DNA of 64,000 nt, taken from contig JAHRHZ010000268.1 of the NCBI GenBank assembly GCA_024137785.1, positions 33,768,590-33,832,589 on the forward strand, given 5' to 3'. Origin of the DNA: Ginglymostoma cirratum (lineage: Eukaryota). Under the pieces are notes generated by a model. The model ran no database searches, was not told where the DNA came from, and saw nothing but the letters and a program-made list of their open reading frames with translations. A program made the translations under genes and the position numbers. Numbering within the stretch: position 1 is the stretch's first letter; each line of letters begins with the position of its first letter. Below, piece after piece: positions 37,350 to 49,865 of this stretch.

Positions 37350-39680
37350 TGGTGAAGCTGGAAGGGCTGAAGGTGGATACATCACCTGGACCAGATGGAC
37401 TACACCCCAGGATTCTGAAGGAATTAGCTGAGGAAATTGTAGAAGCATTGGTGATGATCTTTCAGGAATCACTGGAGTCAGAGGGGGTCCCAGAGGACTG
37501 GAAAATGGCTAAAGTGACTCCTCTGTTTAAGAAGGGAGGGAGACAGAAGAAAGGAAACTATGGGCTGGTTAGCCTGAACTCGGTCATTGGTAAGGTGTTA
37601 GAGTCCATGATAAGAATAAGATTGAAGAATACTTGGAAGTGCATGGTAAAATAGAACAAAGTCTGCACAGCTTTGTCAGTGGAGATTATGCCTGACAAAT
37701 CTGGTAGAATTCTTTGAAGAGATAATCAATTTAGGTAAAGGAGAGCCAGCGGATGTGATCCATTTGGATTTCCAGAAAGCCTTTGACAGGGTGAAGCACA
37801 GGAGGCTGCGAAATCAGATAAGAGCCTATAGTGTTAGGGGCAACATGGTGGCATGGATAGGGGACTGGCTGACTGTCAGGAGGGTGAGAGTTGGGATTAA
37901 TGTGTCTTTCCCAGGATGGCAGCCAGTGACGAGTGGAGTTCTGCAGAAATCCATGTTGGGACCACAAAAAATCATGTTATACATTGACAATCTGGATGAT
38001 GGAACAGCGGGCATTGTTGATAAGTTTGTAGACAACACAAATATAGGTTGAAGGGAACCTATAATGTTAAGGAAATGAGAAGGCTGAAGAAGGACATGAA
38101 TGAGTTAGGAGAGTGGGCAAAGAAGTGATAGAATACAATGTGAGGAAGTATGAGGTTATGCATTTTGTTAGGAAGAATAGAGGTGTAAACTATTTTCTAA
38201 ATGGGGAACGGCTTCAGAAATCAGAAAGGACTTGGGAGTCTTGTTCAGGATTTTCCTAAGGTAAACATACAAGTTTAGTTGGCAATTAGGTAGCACTTAC
38301 AGAGTTAGTATTTATTTCAAGAGGGTTAGAATACAAAGTCAGAGATAGAACATAGAACATTACAGCACAGTACAGGCCCTTCGGCCCTCAATGTTGCACC
38401 GGCCTGTGAAACCAATCTGAAGCCCATCGAACCTACACTATTCCCTTATCATCCATACGTTTATCCAATGACCATTTAAATGCCCTTAAAGTTGGCGAGT
38501 CTACTACTGTTGCAGGCAGGGCATTCCACGCCTTTACTACTCTCTGAGTAAAGAACATACCTCTGACATCTGTCCTATATCTATCACCCCTCTATCTAAA
38601 GCTATGTCCCCTTGTGCTAGCCATCACCATCCGAGGAAAAAGACTCTCACTGTCCACCCTATCTAGTCCTCTGATCATCTTGTATGTCTCTATTAAGTCA
38701 TCTCTTAACCTTCTTCTCTCTAATGAAAACAGCCTCAAGTCCCTCAGCCTTTCCTCATAAGACCTTCCCTCCATACCAGGCAACATACTGGTAAATCTCC
38801 TCTGCACCTTTTCCAATGCTTCCACATCCTTCCTCTTATGCAGTGACCAGAACTGTACGCAATACTCCAAATGCGGCCACACCAGAGTTTTGTACAACTG
38901 CGAATGACCTCATGACTCCGAAACTCAATCCCTCTACCAATAAAACCTAACATACCTTATGCCTTCCTAACAACCCTATCAACCTGGGTGGCAACTTTCA
39001 GGGATCTATGCACATGGACACCGAGATCTCTCTGCTCATCCACACTACCAAGAATCTTACCATTAGTCCCGTACCCTGTATTCCTGTTACTCCTTCCAAA
39101 ATGAATCACCTCACACTTTTCCGCATTCCACATTGCTCTGGTCAAACCATATTTGGAACATAGTGAGCAGTTTTGGGCCGAATATCTAAGGAAGGGTGTG
39201 CTGATGTTGGGGGGGAGCCCAGAGGAGGTTTACAATACTGATCTCAGGGATGAAGGGCTTGTCATTTGAGGAATGGTTGAGGACACTAGGTTTGTATTTG
39301 ATGGAGCTGATGAGGATCAGGGGGAATCTGATTGAAACTTACAGAATACTGAGAGGCATGGATAGAGTGGACATGGAGAAGGTATTTCCATAGTAGGAAA
39401 GAGTATAGCATCAGAAAAGCTTTTTGAACTGAGATGAGGAGGAATTTCTTCAGCCAGAAGATGGTGAATCTGTGGAACCCATTGCTGCAGAGGACTGTGG
39501 AGGCCAAGCCTTTGAGTGTACTTAAGACACGGAGAGAGAGATAGGTATTTGATTAATAAGGGGGTCAAGGGGAAGAAGGCATGAGAATGGGGTTGAGAAA
39601 TATATCAGCCATGATTGAACGGTGGAGCAGACTTGATGGGTCGAATGGCCTAATTCGGCTCCTATACCTTATGGTCTTAT
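37350..39680 (+). mobile_element. CR1 LINE ORF2 3' half (RT), decayed, interrupted at 38346-39128
   Basis: SPGPDGLHPRILKEL...VPEDWKMAKVTPLFKKG, LDFQKAFDRV, SGVLQKSMLGP, FVDNT (FADD); 3' tail cctataccttatggtcttat. Confidence 0.95.
38346..39128 (-). mobile_element. Younger 5'-truncated CR1 nested antisense in the older CR1
   Basis: NAEKCEVIHFG, YKTLVWPHLEYCVQFWS...LEKVQRRFT; (atagaac)n tail; subfamily close to 21705-22580. Confidence 0.95.
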
Positions 39681-39721
39681 AAAAAGAGTCAGAATACAAA
39701 AGGCCAAGGCCTCCACCCACA

Positions 39722-40140
39722 GATGATAGAACTGTTACAGTGCAGGAGGAAGCCTTTTGGCCCATCATGTCTGCACTGGCTGTCCAAATGACTATCATGA
39801 CTTAGTGTCACTCTCCTGTCTTTTGCCCATACCCTCAGACATTGATTCTATTTAATAACTATTGAATACCACAATTGCATATACCTCCACACAGGCGTAC
39901 AGCACATTCCAGACCCAAACCACTTGTGTGAAAAAAAAACTCACATCGTGTTTGCTTCTTTTTGGAAATCACTTTAAATCTATATCTTCTGGTTCTTGAT
40001 TCTTTTACAAGTGGTAACAGTTACACTATCAATGTTATCCATCCCTTGTGATTCTTATAACATCAGTAAGATCTCCTCTTAGTCTTCTCTCCAAGGAAAC
40101 AGTGTCAACCTCCCCACTCTATCCTCATAACTGAAGTTGT
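39722..40140 (-). mobile_element. CR1 3' relic
   Basis: atagaactgttacagtgcaggaggaagccttttggccc tail. Confidence 0.65.
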
Positions 40141-40615
40141 CACCACTGAGTATTTTTGAGGTTTTTCTTTAAACATTCCAATGAGCAGAAAGGTATTTTT
40201 ACAAGTTATCCTCATGATTGCTCAGACTTCATTGCAATCATGGCTTTGCCTGGCAGACTGATTGACTTCTGCTATAATTAGCAGAAGGCATAGCATCTAA
40301 ATTATTTCAAAGGTTCTGTGCAACACATGGTATTGAGCATTGAATATAATCGGGGAATTTGATTTAGCCAGTGCATTCATCACAGCACAGATGTTTGCAA
40401 CTTGATCTTTGCGTTGCTATTTAGATTTTGTCATGTTCTGTTATATGTATATTTGTGAAAGCATACATGTTTAATGCTAGAACAATTAATATCACATGTC
40501 CAGGCCAGAATAACACATGTATTCAATCTAGCTGTGTATGTTATATTCAAGACAGAATGGTAGAAGAGCCAATGGTCTAAGACACAGCAATTAGATTTCC
40601 AGCATGGCTGATAGA

Positions 40616-40840
40616 GGGATCTTGTGGTGCGGGATTGTGTTCTTGTTTCAGAGCCAGAAGGCCTAGGTTCAAGTCCCACCGGTTCCAGATGTGTGTGATA
40701 ACATACAGGAGCAAGTAGATTAAGAAAATCCATATTCAATACAGAGTGTGCTGTAGTACACTGGTAATGTCCATGCCTCAGAGACAGAAGGCCTGGGCTC
40801 AAGTCTAACCTCCAGAGAATAACCCAGCTGAGTTGGTTGT
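40616..40840 (+). mobile_element. Two tandem short tRNA-derived SINEs
   Basis: cttgtggtgcggg...ggttcaagtcccacc (40616-40722) and a more decayed copy ...cctgggctcaagtc (40745-40840). Confidence 0.65.
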
Positions 40841-42778
40841 ATTCTTTAAAAGAAAATGTGCATCACAGATTTTTGGGATGAGATGGTCCAACTTTTCTTC
40901 CTTACTATAAGGTCTTGGCTGTAAAATTAGACTCTATATCCTCGAGTGGCAGCGTTACGGAGGGAAAGATTCTCCAAATGATGTGCACAGGAATGTTTTG
41001 CACTGGTCATGATGTCAAGCAGCTTCTCGGGCTGATTATGATTCATGATCTTTTAGCATGGGCTGTACAGATCCAGTGAATACCCTATCTTAACCATTCA
41101 GTGCATGTGAGACAACAACTAGCACTATTTAAAGTACAGAATTTAAAATATATTAATTATTTAAATCATCCAACTAGTACACCAGGTTCCCTTAACTGTC
41201 ATTTAGTAAATTTTATGCTTGTGGTGTGATGAGTTCTTCAAATCTATTGGATTTGGAAGGGAGCATTACATCCCGACTTTACATAAAAGCTATATATTTT
41301 GCTATTTATTTAAGTCTACTGCACTGACACCAAGTGTTGACACATCATGGGAGCATTAATTTCAGTTTACACTTGACCACAGGAACTTTAGAAGCAAAGT
41401 AGTTAAACGATAAAAGTGATTAAAAATGAATATTGTTAAAAAGTGAAAGATGGGTAAATATACCCTGACTAGCCTTGACCAGCTTGCAGTAACCTTTTTA
41501 ACTCAAGTGCATTACACGGTGAGACAGACAACGGGGACAAGAGCCAGGGGAGGCCCAGCACAATATTATTAAACAGTTTATCACAGAGAAAAAATATTTA
41601 TCAGACTCTACTATTCTACTTTGATAGAGTTTAACTAATGTCTTTACAGGACTCTTCATTCAATAGTCTCAAATCTACACTAGCTATCTACCTCTGACAT
41701 GCTCTTCCGAGATTTGCTACATCCTATAAGCATGTCCCTACCACTGTATTTGAATTATTTGTCTGAAAAGACTGGTAATACACATTTAATGATGCTGGGA
41801 CAGGCTTTTCATTGCTTTTTGAGGGCTGGATGATGTTTCAGGATCTGCTGTCATCAGTTTGGCCTTCCCCTCTATCCAGAGCTAGTTCTGAACTTTGGGT
41901 CATCTCACCAAGGTGGTCTTCTGGGTCAATTCAATCTGATGATGTTCACCATGAGGTACAAGGATCTAGAGATGGTGTACAGCTCAGCAGCCAGGTGAAG
42001 GTGCTTCCTGGAGACACAATTGAAGAAGGTACAAAGGCAGACGGAGCTCGGGACCTATGTTGTCCATTCTATCCCCTCTTTGCATCCTTCTCAAAGATTC
42101 TGTAGCTTGTGTCCAATTCTATCATCAGGCAAGGCCAGGAAGATCCAATGAGGTGACTATTTTCTCTGTTTGGAAGTTGTAGAACATGGTTTAAATCTTT
42201 AACTACCAAATATTATTCTTATTCTACTATACTTCTGGTCTCCTAGAGAGCAGAATGCCACAAATCTGTGTAACAATCTTCTAACAGAACGGGTTCACTG
42301 GAGGTGTCAATAATGGTTCATTCTGAAACAATGTGGCCATTAGCACCTGGTCAGGCTGTTCCTGAGCTGTTTCGTTTCAATGGGAAGTTGACTGTCCAAG
42401 GCCTGGCTGCAAGAATACTGTTTGTTCCAGCTCTAAATTGTAAATTGCAGAGTCTGACTAGGCTTCAGCTGGGCTTCCATACTTTTGAGTTTTTATCCAT
42501 GCTCATGAAAACAATGTCAATATTTCTGTAACAATCTTAGAGGTCATGGGTCCCTGACCACAAATGATAGATTTGACATTTGCCAGAGTGCTGTAGAATC
42601 TATGAATAATTTAGAACTTAGAGGAGAGTGAAAATATAGGAAATACAGCGAAAATTTAGATTTAATTACTTTTTATACAAAGGAGTGAATCCATGATGTA
42701 GACTGCCAAAGGTAAAGGAGAAGGAATAACCATTAGTGAATTCAAAACTGATCTGGGTAAGTAGTTAGTAAAGAGATA

Positions 42779-42980
42779 GAAACAAAAACAGAAATTGCTG
42801 GTGAAACTTAGCAGGTCTGGCAACATTTGTAGAGGAGAAGAATTTATCTGATATAGAATCACCAAATTTGAAACGTTAACCCTGTTTTCTTCCCACAGAT
42901 CCTGCCAGACCTGTTGAATTTTGCCAGCAATTTCTGTTTGATTCAGATCTCCAGCATCTGTAGATCTTTGTTTTATTTTG
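42779..42980. mobile_element. Fold-back copy of the second PLE-type terminal-repeat family
   Basis: Arms aacagaaattgctggtgaaacttagcaggtctggca / tgccagacctgttgaattttgccagcaatttctgtt; central gaaacgttaac. Confidence 0.7.
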
Positions 42981-43920
42981 GTAAAGAGATTGATATGGAT
43001 GTATAAGGCATGTTATTGTACATGGCTAATCACTGTTATGTAATCGTTAGATTGTGTCATTGATGATGTCAGATTACATGGAACTGAGGCCAGAGGGCAC
43101 AAAGTTTTAGTTTAGCAGGATTCCACAATGTCTCTGTAACAGTGGAAATGGCCAATAAATATTCATTAGTTTGCACTATGACATTAAGACCTTGTCTATC
43201 AAAAGCATCCAAAACCTGGTCATAATATTTATATACATATCAACATTATCCAGACAGCTTTGATAATCTTTTCCACTCCTGTACATTCCAGTATTCCTAT
43301 ACTGGTTCCCTATCTCTAACTCATTAATTTTAGGATTCTGGTCGTCTCTAAGCCCATGAGTGGTTTGATTTCAGCAACTTCTGCAACTGTCCTAATTCAT
43401 GACTTCCAATCTACTAACTTCCAGTCAACTTGCACTTACTCTTCCCTCTTTTCCTAAAATCTGTGTTGAACATGCATACATTATTCCAGCCTGAACATAA
43501 TCCACACCTTTATACATTCAAACTTCCCTTGTACATCCATTTATCTTGTCAGATCTGTCCCATCATCAAAATCCCTTTGAAAAACTGTTTGACTTCACTT
43601 GCTGTCACAAAACACCATGGTAAATTTTGCCTCATCCTTGGTGCCATTTATGTGAAAGCTATTTTTATTTCTTATTTTCAAGAGTGTTCACCATGACTCA
43701 GGTTGTAGGCTTGAGTACAAAAATCTTGGTTGGCATTTATTTGCGTACTGAGAAATTAAAGTGGGGCATAATCAGCTTATTTGGGTGGTTGTAAAAGATT
43801 CATGGCACTATTTATGAAAAAGATCAGGAGAGCGATGTCTAGGCAATATTTAACCCTCAATCAACTTTACAAAAGCAGGATATCTGGTCATACATCAAAC
43901 TGTTTCCTAAATTACAACAG

Positions 43921-44057
43921 AATTTCTGATGAAGGGTCTAGGCCCGAAACGTCAAGATTTCCTGCTCCTATGATGCTGCTTGGCCTGCTGTGTTCATCCT
44001 GCTCCACACCTTGTTATCTCGGATTCTCCAGCATCTGCAGTACCTCTTATCTCAGAT
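43921..44057 (+). mobile_element. Penelope-like pLTR fragment
   Basis: atttctgatgaagggtctaggcccgaaacgtcaag...ttatctcggattctccagcatctgcagtacc. Confidence 0.88.
43923..43956 (+). ncRNA. Minimal type-I hammerhead ribozyme motif (PLE-associated)
   Basis: CUGAUGA-A-[GGGU cuag GCCC]-GAAAC-GUC at 43926-43953. Palindromic ACGU replaces stem III; stem I is UUU/AAG. Confidence 0.65.
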
Positions 44058-44852
44058 ACTACACAGGCTGTAAAATGCTGAGAGATGCCTGTTGGGTGTG
44101 AAATACCCTATATAAAAGCTTTTACTTTGTTATTGTTGCAGTATAAATTTTAGTTGCAGTATTATACAGTAGTACATCAAAAGTTCAATTAACTATGATA
44201 AACCAACAAACGTGGCTCTGTTAGTTTATAGTTCCATTAACACATAATTTGCATTAGATTCTTGTAACCTCCTTTCTACCCACGATTATTCTACATGTTC
44301 TCCAGGGCGATGCAACATTAACCATTTTCCATTTTCTTGTAAAAATTACTACATTTAAGCTACAAATCTCATGGCAGAACAACAGTCCAGATCGACCTTA
44401 CCTTCTAATTGTATACTGTGCCATATTGATTGTGGTATTCTGTTATCGCTGGTAGTGCGTGATGTGAAAACCAAATTCAGAATGAACAAAATCCAAAATT
44501 AAGTGATTCATTTTGATTTTGGTTTTTGGAAGAGATTCCATCAAAAAATGTTAACAGTGTGTTCATGTTCCCTTCACTATGTGAACAGTGTTTTTGTAAT
44601 TTTTCATTGTTCAAATTTATACATATTCACATCTACTATACGTAAAGTCTCTTCAAATTGGTTTTAGAAGATAAATGGGGGAGGAAATTATTGTGGTGGT
44701 AGCTGTTACAGTACCGCAGTATCACTGTGAATCCAAGTACAAGGTTGCACTTTGAACTGGTTTAGATTTAAATATAGCTGTAAAATGATTTTGCAAGTTT
44801 CTACTTTGGTTGAAGTGAATAGCAGAACCGTGAAAACCAGATATCTTTTGGG

Positions 44853-45037
44853 ATAACAAGGTGTAGAGCTGGATGAACACAGCAAGCTAAGCAGCATCAT
44901 AGGAGCAGGAAGGCTGACGTTTCGGGCCTAGACCCTGTCAGCCTTCCTGCTCCTCTGATGCTGCTTGGCCTGCTGTGTTCATCCAGCTCTACACCTTGTT
45001 ATCTCGGATTCTCCAGCATCTGCAGTTCCTATTATCT
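44853..45037. mobile_element. Penelope-like pLTR fold-back insertion with 15-bp TSD
   Basis: cagatatcttttggg at 44838-44852 and 45038-45052. Arms join at ...cctagaccc|tgtcagcc... Confidence 0.9.
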
Positions 45038-45044
45038 CAGATAT

Positions 45045-45300
45045 CTTTTGGGTTCAATTCCAGTTCTTCACTGAGCTAGCTAATCTCAGGTAGTGTGTTA
45101 GGTAAGTACGCCATATATTAGTGATTAATGCCCACAGATTAAGGTGGAAAATTGACAGTGGTTCTTCTAATCATTGAGCAATGATGCATGCAAATAGTAT
45201 TAGGTAAGTTTAGATTTGCTCATAGCTCTGATGGCTTCTCCTGCAGCTACCAACTTTGTGAATGTATGTTTGAGTTCAGAACTTGTTCTTACAGCACCTG
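45045..45300 (+). mobile_element. Ancient tRNA-derived SINE
   Basis: gggttcaattccagttcttcactgagctagctaatctcagg...aaggtggaaaattgacag. Confidence 0.45.
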
Positions 45301-45542
45301 TCACTCAATGTTGAGAGTTTAAACATGTTGGAAGAAAAATTCTATATAATGAGAGAATGAAAATCAAGGTCTGTCTTTTGCTTTTCGAAGTGGAGATGAA
45401 GTGAGATTTTGAATCATTTTGTGATTGCATATCTGGAAAGGAGCATGGTTGACCTTGACTACCGTGATTGAATAAACTGCCTTGAAGATTTAGTTATTTT
45501 TTTTTCAAAAAATTCAAATCCCCTATGTACCTTTCACCAACG

Positions 45543-45630
45543 CAAACGGGATATTGCTGGAGAAATTCAGCAAGTTCAGCAGCATTTTGGAGAGGATGCA
45601 AAGTTAACATTTTGAGTCCAGTGATGAGTT
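45543..45630 (-). mobile_element. Second PLE-type terminal-repeat family fragment
   Basis: attgctggagaaattcagcaagttcagcagcatt...gttaacattttgagtccagtga. Confidence 0.55.
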
Positions 45631-46669
45631 CAGTGTTGCCTGGTACAACTTAGAAGATCTGTTTAGTTTCTGCACATCTTCCCTGTGCTCCCTGCTCAAC
45701 CTTTTCATTTTTGCCTGCCTCTTCCAATGCCTTTCCACACATTAACCCTTCTAGAGATTGAGAGAAAATTGATTTAATATTAATACAACATTCATTATTT
45801 TGCAATATTCACATCTCTTGATTATGAAACATAACATTTCTTCAAAATAAATGCATGGTGTATCTACGCTTCTATTTCATGGTATTTGATTAGTTTCCCT
45901 CACAGTATGTGGTAACTACAGCCATCTGCCTCCCTTGATTTTTAGAAGCTATAGAGATGGATAAGTACTCAAGACAATTATATATATGACTTGTTAATGA
46001 TTTTATTATCACTGAAATGAAACGTTTCAAATAAAACGGCAGGAAACACACTTTCCCCAGGCTCACCCTTACAGAGCTGTAAATATGTATTAACTAGCTG
46101 TAATTGTGGTGCAGTTTAGAAGCATTTAGGAAGACAAAGGCAACAGTAACAATTGGAAATGAGGCCAACTTAAAGGAATTTATACCTCATAGTTGATGAC
46201 CCTAGTTAATGAGCAGGCACATAGATATGGAGTTGAGTTCTTTTTGTCTGGAATTAGTTTATTACTTTCATAGTGAACACAAAAACATCTGCACTAAACT
46301 GACACATTAGAAGCCACGTTATTCCATTGTGTTGATGCAAATGAAGAGTGGTCGTGGTTTACTGACTTTATTAGTAAGAAGCCTCAATGAGCTGAGGACT
46401 AACTTATCAATTAGTGTGAATGGAATGCCTAAATGGCCTTTAATTTGCAGGATTTAGTTTCAAAGGGATTAAATGTTCTCAAGGTGAAAAGTGCAAGAAC
46501 CAGAACGATTACATTGAAGAATCATGTCTGTTAGAACTTCCCAGATAATGGCTAGACTGTAAAATTATATTGTAATATTATCCTGGTTTGCAGTCACACT
46601 TTGGACTACTTCCTAACCCTTCATCATCACTGTGTTTTATTGAAGAAAAATTGCAATTAGAACGTTATA

Positions 46670-47020
46670 ATCATAGACATTTACAGTATACCCAGATGAC
46701 TTTTTGACCCATTGAGGCTATTCTGGTCTTTTTGAAAATCAGACACACTTAATCTTACATCCTGGCTTTTTAGATGAGGCCTTATAAATTATTGTGGTGC
46801 AAGATTCTGTCCAGATCCCTTCCTTTAAAAATTATTTAAGGAATCCACTTCCAATACTTTTTCAGACCAACTATTTCAGATCCAGATACCCATTTCCCCA
46901 ACTCTCCTCTGGGTTTCTTTCCGCATTGCTTTTCCATTTGTGACCTCTAGTTGTTGCCACACTTGCAAAAGGAATAATTGTTTCCTATTTATGAAAACTT
47001 CACATCCTCTTAAACACCTT
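46670..47020 (-). mobile_element. CR1 3' relic
   Basis: atcatagacatttacag tail; tttgtgacctctagtt (antisense TRGH). Confidence 0.5.
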
Positions 47021-48026
47021 GGGTCCTCTAATAATTAACCATCATTTAGTTATAAATGCACTATCCAGTTAGTTGCTATAGTTTAGTGTACCTTGATAAT
47101 TTAATGCCATTTTAATACCAAAGATTTTAAATAACCAGCATAAATGGTACAACCAAGTGTGAATGTAGTGCTGCAACATGGTCTGTCAAATGACATAAAT
47201 TAACTGATCTTGAATGTAAAGTTAATTTCATACGATGCCTTGCTGATAATATTGAGGAGCCTTGAACTCCACATCATGTGTTAACTGATTTCAAGGAAGG
47301 AAGTCATTCCTGAATTCCAATTTAGTTCCTGTATTGTTAATAATTGGTTTATAGAGGAAACAAAGTCTGCTTTCAACTTGTTTATTAAATAGCCAGTTAA
47401 ATCTTCAGAACTTCTGTGTCCAAAAATAATTTGTAACAGCTTGTTAGCATCCAGACAACCTCTAGGAAAGTAAAACCATACTAATTGTGTAAGAATTATT
47501 CAGACATCAAGACAGCACTATATTTCACAGCGTTATTTATTTAGTTACAAACCATTTGTTGCCTCTGATAGTCATGAAAATCATGATACATATGCAATTT
47601 TTTCTCTTGTAAAAGATTTTTTGGGATTTGGGATGCTGTGGGCTTCAATTCAAACATTCGTTCAAATACATATTGGATTATCATCTATTATACCTGAGGT
47701 ATAGCCTCTATTTAAGATGAAAACAAAATGATGTGTTTAAACCACAGACTTGAAAGAAATGCTCTATTTTAGATACTGATTCTTAAACATTTAAAATGGT
47801 AACTATCCATGCTCTATGTGTTAACTTTTGGAAGAAGGTTTTTGAAGCTATTAGAAATCTGAAAGAAACTTGCAAAGGGGATACAAAGATATATTTTAGA
47901 TGTTATTATTGCATATCACCTGAATATAAAACACTTAAGTTGAATGACTTCAACATAGTTAAGTAATATTTCAAGAAATAATGTTTCTAATAAATTCTTT
48001 AATTTGCATGAACTACATAAGACTTT

Positions 48027-48338
48027 TTATTTAATTCTGTTGTTTTCTCTGGAGTTAGCAGCTCTATGACTTGGAGAGTAACAAATGGAAATCTGATTTG
48101 ACAGGTCAGCTTGTAGTGTCTGAGGTTTGACCAGCACAGCTTTCCTCTGGTGTTCTACATGTTCAGTACAATCCCTTGGCCATTGTTGGCGTGTTGTATC
48201 ACTGATCTTTTGTCTTTCTTTGTCCCACTGGGATCTTCCTGAATGCACTATGTCAAACTCCAAATCTACAACCTCCTCTGTTTCAGCTTTTATCACATCC
48301 AGTAAACTATTTGGTTTTATTACCATTTTAATGGGTGT
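48027..48338 (-). CDS. Candidate terminal exon with a 103-codon open frame (unrecognised)
   Basis: Branch-like ctgac plus acceptor tttcaattctaaag|ACA. Phase-0 frame TPIKMVIKPNSLLDVIKAETEEVVDLEFD...RENNRIK*, with ATTAAA/AATAAA overlapping the stop. Confidence 0.25.
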   Translation of the reverse strand, partial: TPIKMVIKPNSLLDVIKAETEEVVDLEFDIVHSGRSQWDKERQKISDTTRQQWPRDCTEHVEHQRKAVLVKPQTLQADLSNQISICYSPSHRAANSRENNRIK

Positions 48339-49032
48339 CTTTAGAATTGAAATAGTCAGTTCAGTTGGAATTTAACATAATTGGAGGGCATAGCCCATTA
48401 TTCAGTCACTTTGTTTTTAAGCTTAACATTGTGTGGCACAGAACGAGACGAGAATAGCTGCTTCACCCTTAGTTACAAGTGCTTTCCAATCTCAGTGCAA
48501 TCCTAGGAAAAACTGTGAAGGTGACATATATTTCTTTAGTTGTATAAGCCTCGTAAATTCAAATACTCTGTAAAGCCTTAAATTCTGAAAAATCACCAGA
48601 AAAAATAACAACCCATTTTATTTGCAGGTCATGCGTACTTGTCTTGCATACTTATTTAGTTCTTGTATATGTTTGTTTCTTCCGTTTTGGTCAAACAAAC
48701 ACAAGAAAAGTTCTAAAAGACTTAACACTCAGTTCAGACATTGGACTAAATGTCACTTGCTTGGAAGTTCTTTATGAATTCTTGAGTAAAGCAATTAGCA
48801 CACATGACACAAAATTTTCAATTAGGACAAACTCAATTTTCACAGGGTGAAGTAAAGAATTATCCTTTTTGTTTTTGCTTTGGTTGCTGCACTAAGTTGT
48901 ATGTTTTTCAATGTCTCAGCAATGTAAGATCTACAAAATGTTAAAAGGTTTCTTCATTCTTGTAGCTTGGTTGGCTCTTTGTAAAGCTATGTTTCCAGGT
49001 TTCATAAATGCAAGCATTACATCAGAACATCA

Positions 49033-49350
49033 ACATAGTTATAGAATCAATGCAGTGTGGAAACAGGCCCTTTGGCCCAACAAGTCCATGGTGACCCTCA
49101 GAGCTCCCACCCAGACACATCCCCCTATAACCCACTTAATCTACATATCCCTGAACACTATGGGTAATTTAGAATCGCCAATCCAGCTAGCCTGCACATC
49201 TTTGGACTTTGGGAGGAAACTAGAGCACCCAGAGGAAATCCACAGGGAGAATGTGCAAACTCCACACAATTAGTTGCCCGAGGGTGGAATCGAACGCAGG
49301 TTCCTGGCACTGTGAGGCAGCAGTACTGACCACTGAGCCACTGTGCTGCC
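49033..49350 (-). mobile_element. HE1-like V-SINE, near full length
   Basis: Minus-strand tRNA head ggcagcacagtggctcagtggtcagtactgctgcctcac, V-domain, CR1-like tail. Confidence 0.92.
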
Positions 49351-49865
49351 CAATAGTGGCCTTGCCTGTTGCAATTAAATTGTTAGTAAATGTGTGCATT
49401 TACTGAACAAAAAGCAGAAAATACCACAAATAAAAACTAAGCAGCTCAAATCCTGTGGATGAAGGGAGAGCCGAGTTTGATGTTTCAAGTTAATGACTAT
49501 ACATCCAAAACTGGAATAATTTCAGGAAAGGTGCAAGGCTAAGCAATGACAGGAAAGGTCCACAATGATCCATTTGCCACATCTTAATTCACCTATCCAG
49601 AGAAAATAGCCTCATTCTTTATGAAATGATTCCAGGGTTTTTGTCGTCATCATTCTTTGATATTTTATTCTGTGCAGCAATTAATCTTTTCATGAAGAAA
49701 AACATCCCTGGGCAGACAAGATTTCTCCTTCTGTACCTATGCTGACTGCTGTTGACATGTTGTACAGGTGACCCCAAGCTCAGTAATGATGCTTATTTCT
49801 ATTTTACACTGGGCTGAATTTTACATTTTATTGACTAAGTGCAAATTGGGTTGAGTTTTTTGTTT

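Larger units (their letters stand above)
43695..44120 (+). mobile_element. Deu-domain SINE interrupted by a PLE pLTR
   Basis: gtaaaagattcatggcactattt...tgtctaggcaatatttaaccctcaatcaac. Confidence 0.6.

Noticed and set aside
40976-41037. Box C/D snoRNA-like layout (ATGATGT...CTGG..ATGATGT...CTGA)
   Set aside because: The C box is non-canonical, the terminal stem is minimal, and I could not match the putative guide to rRNA or snRNA.
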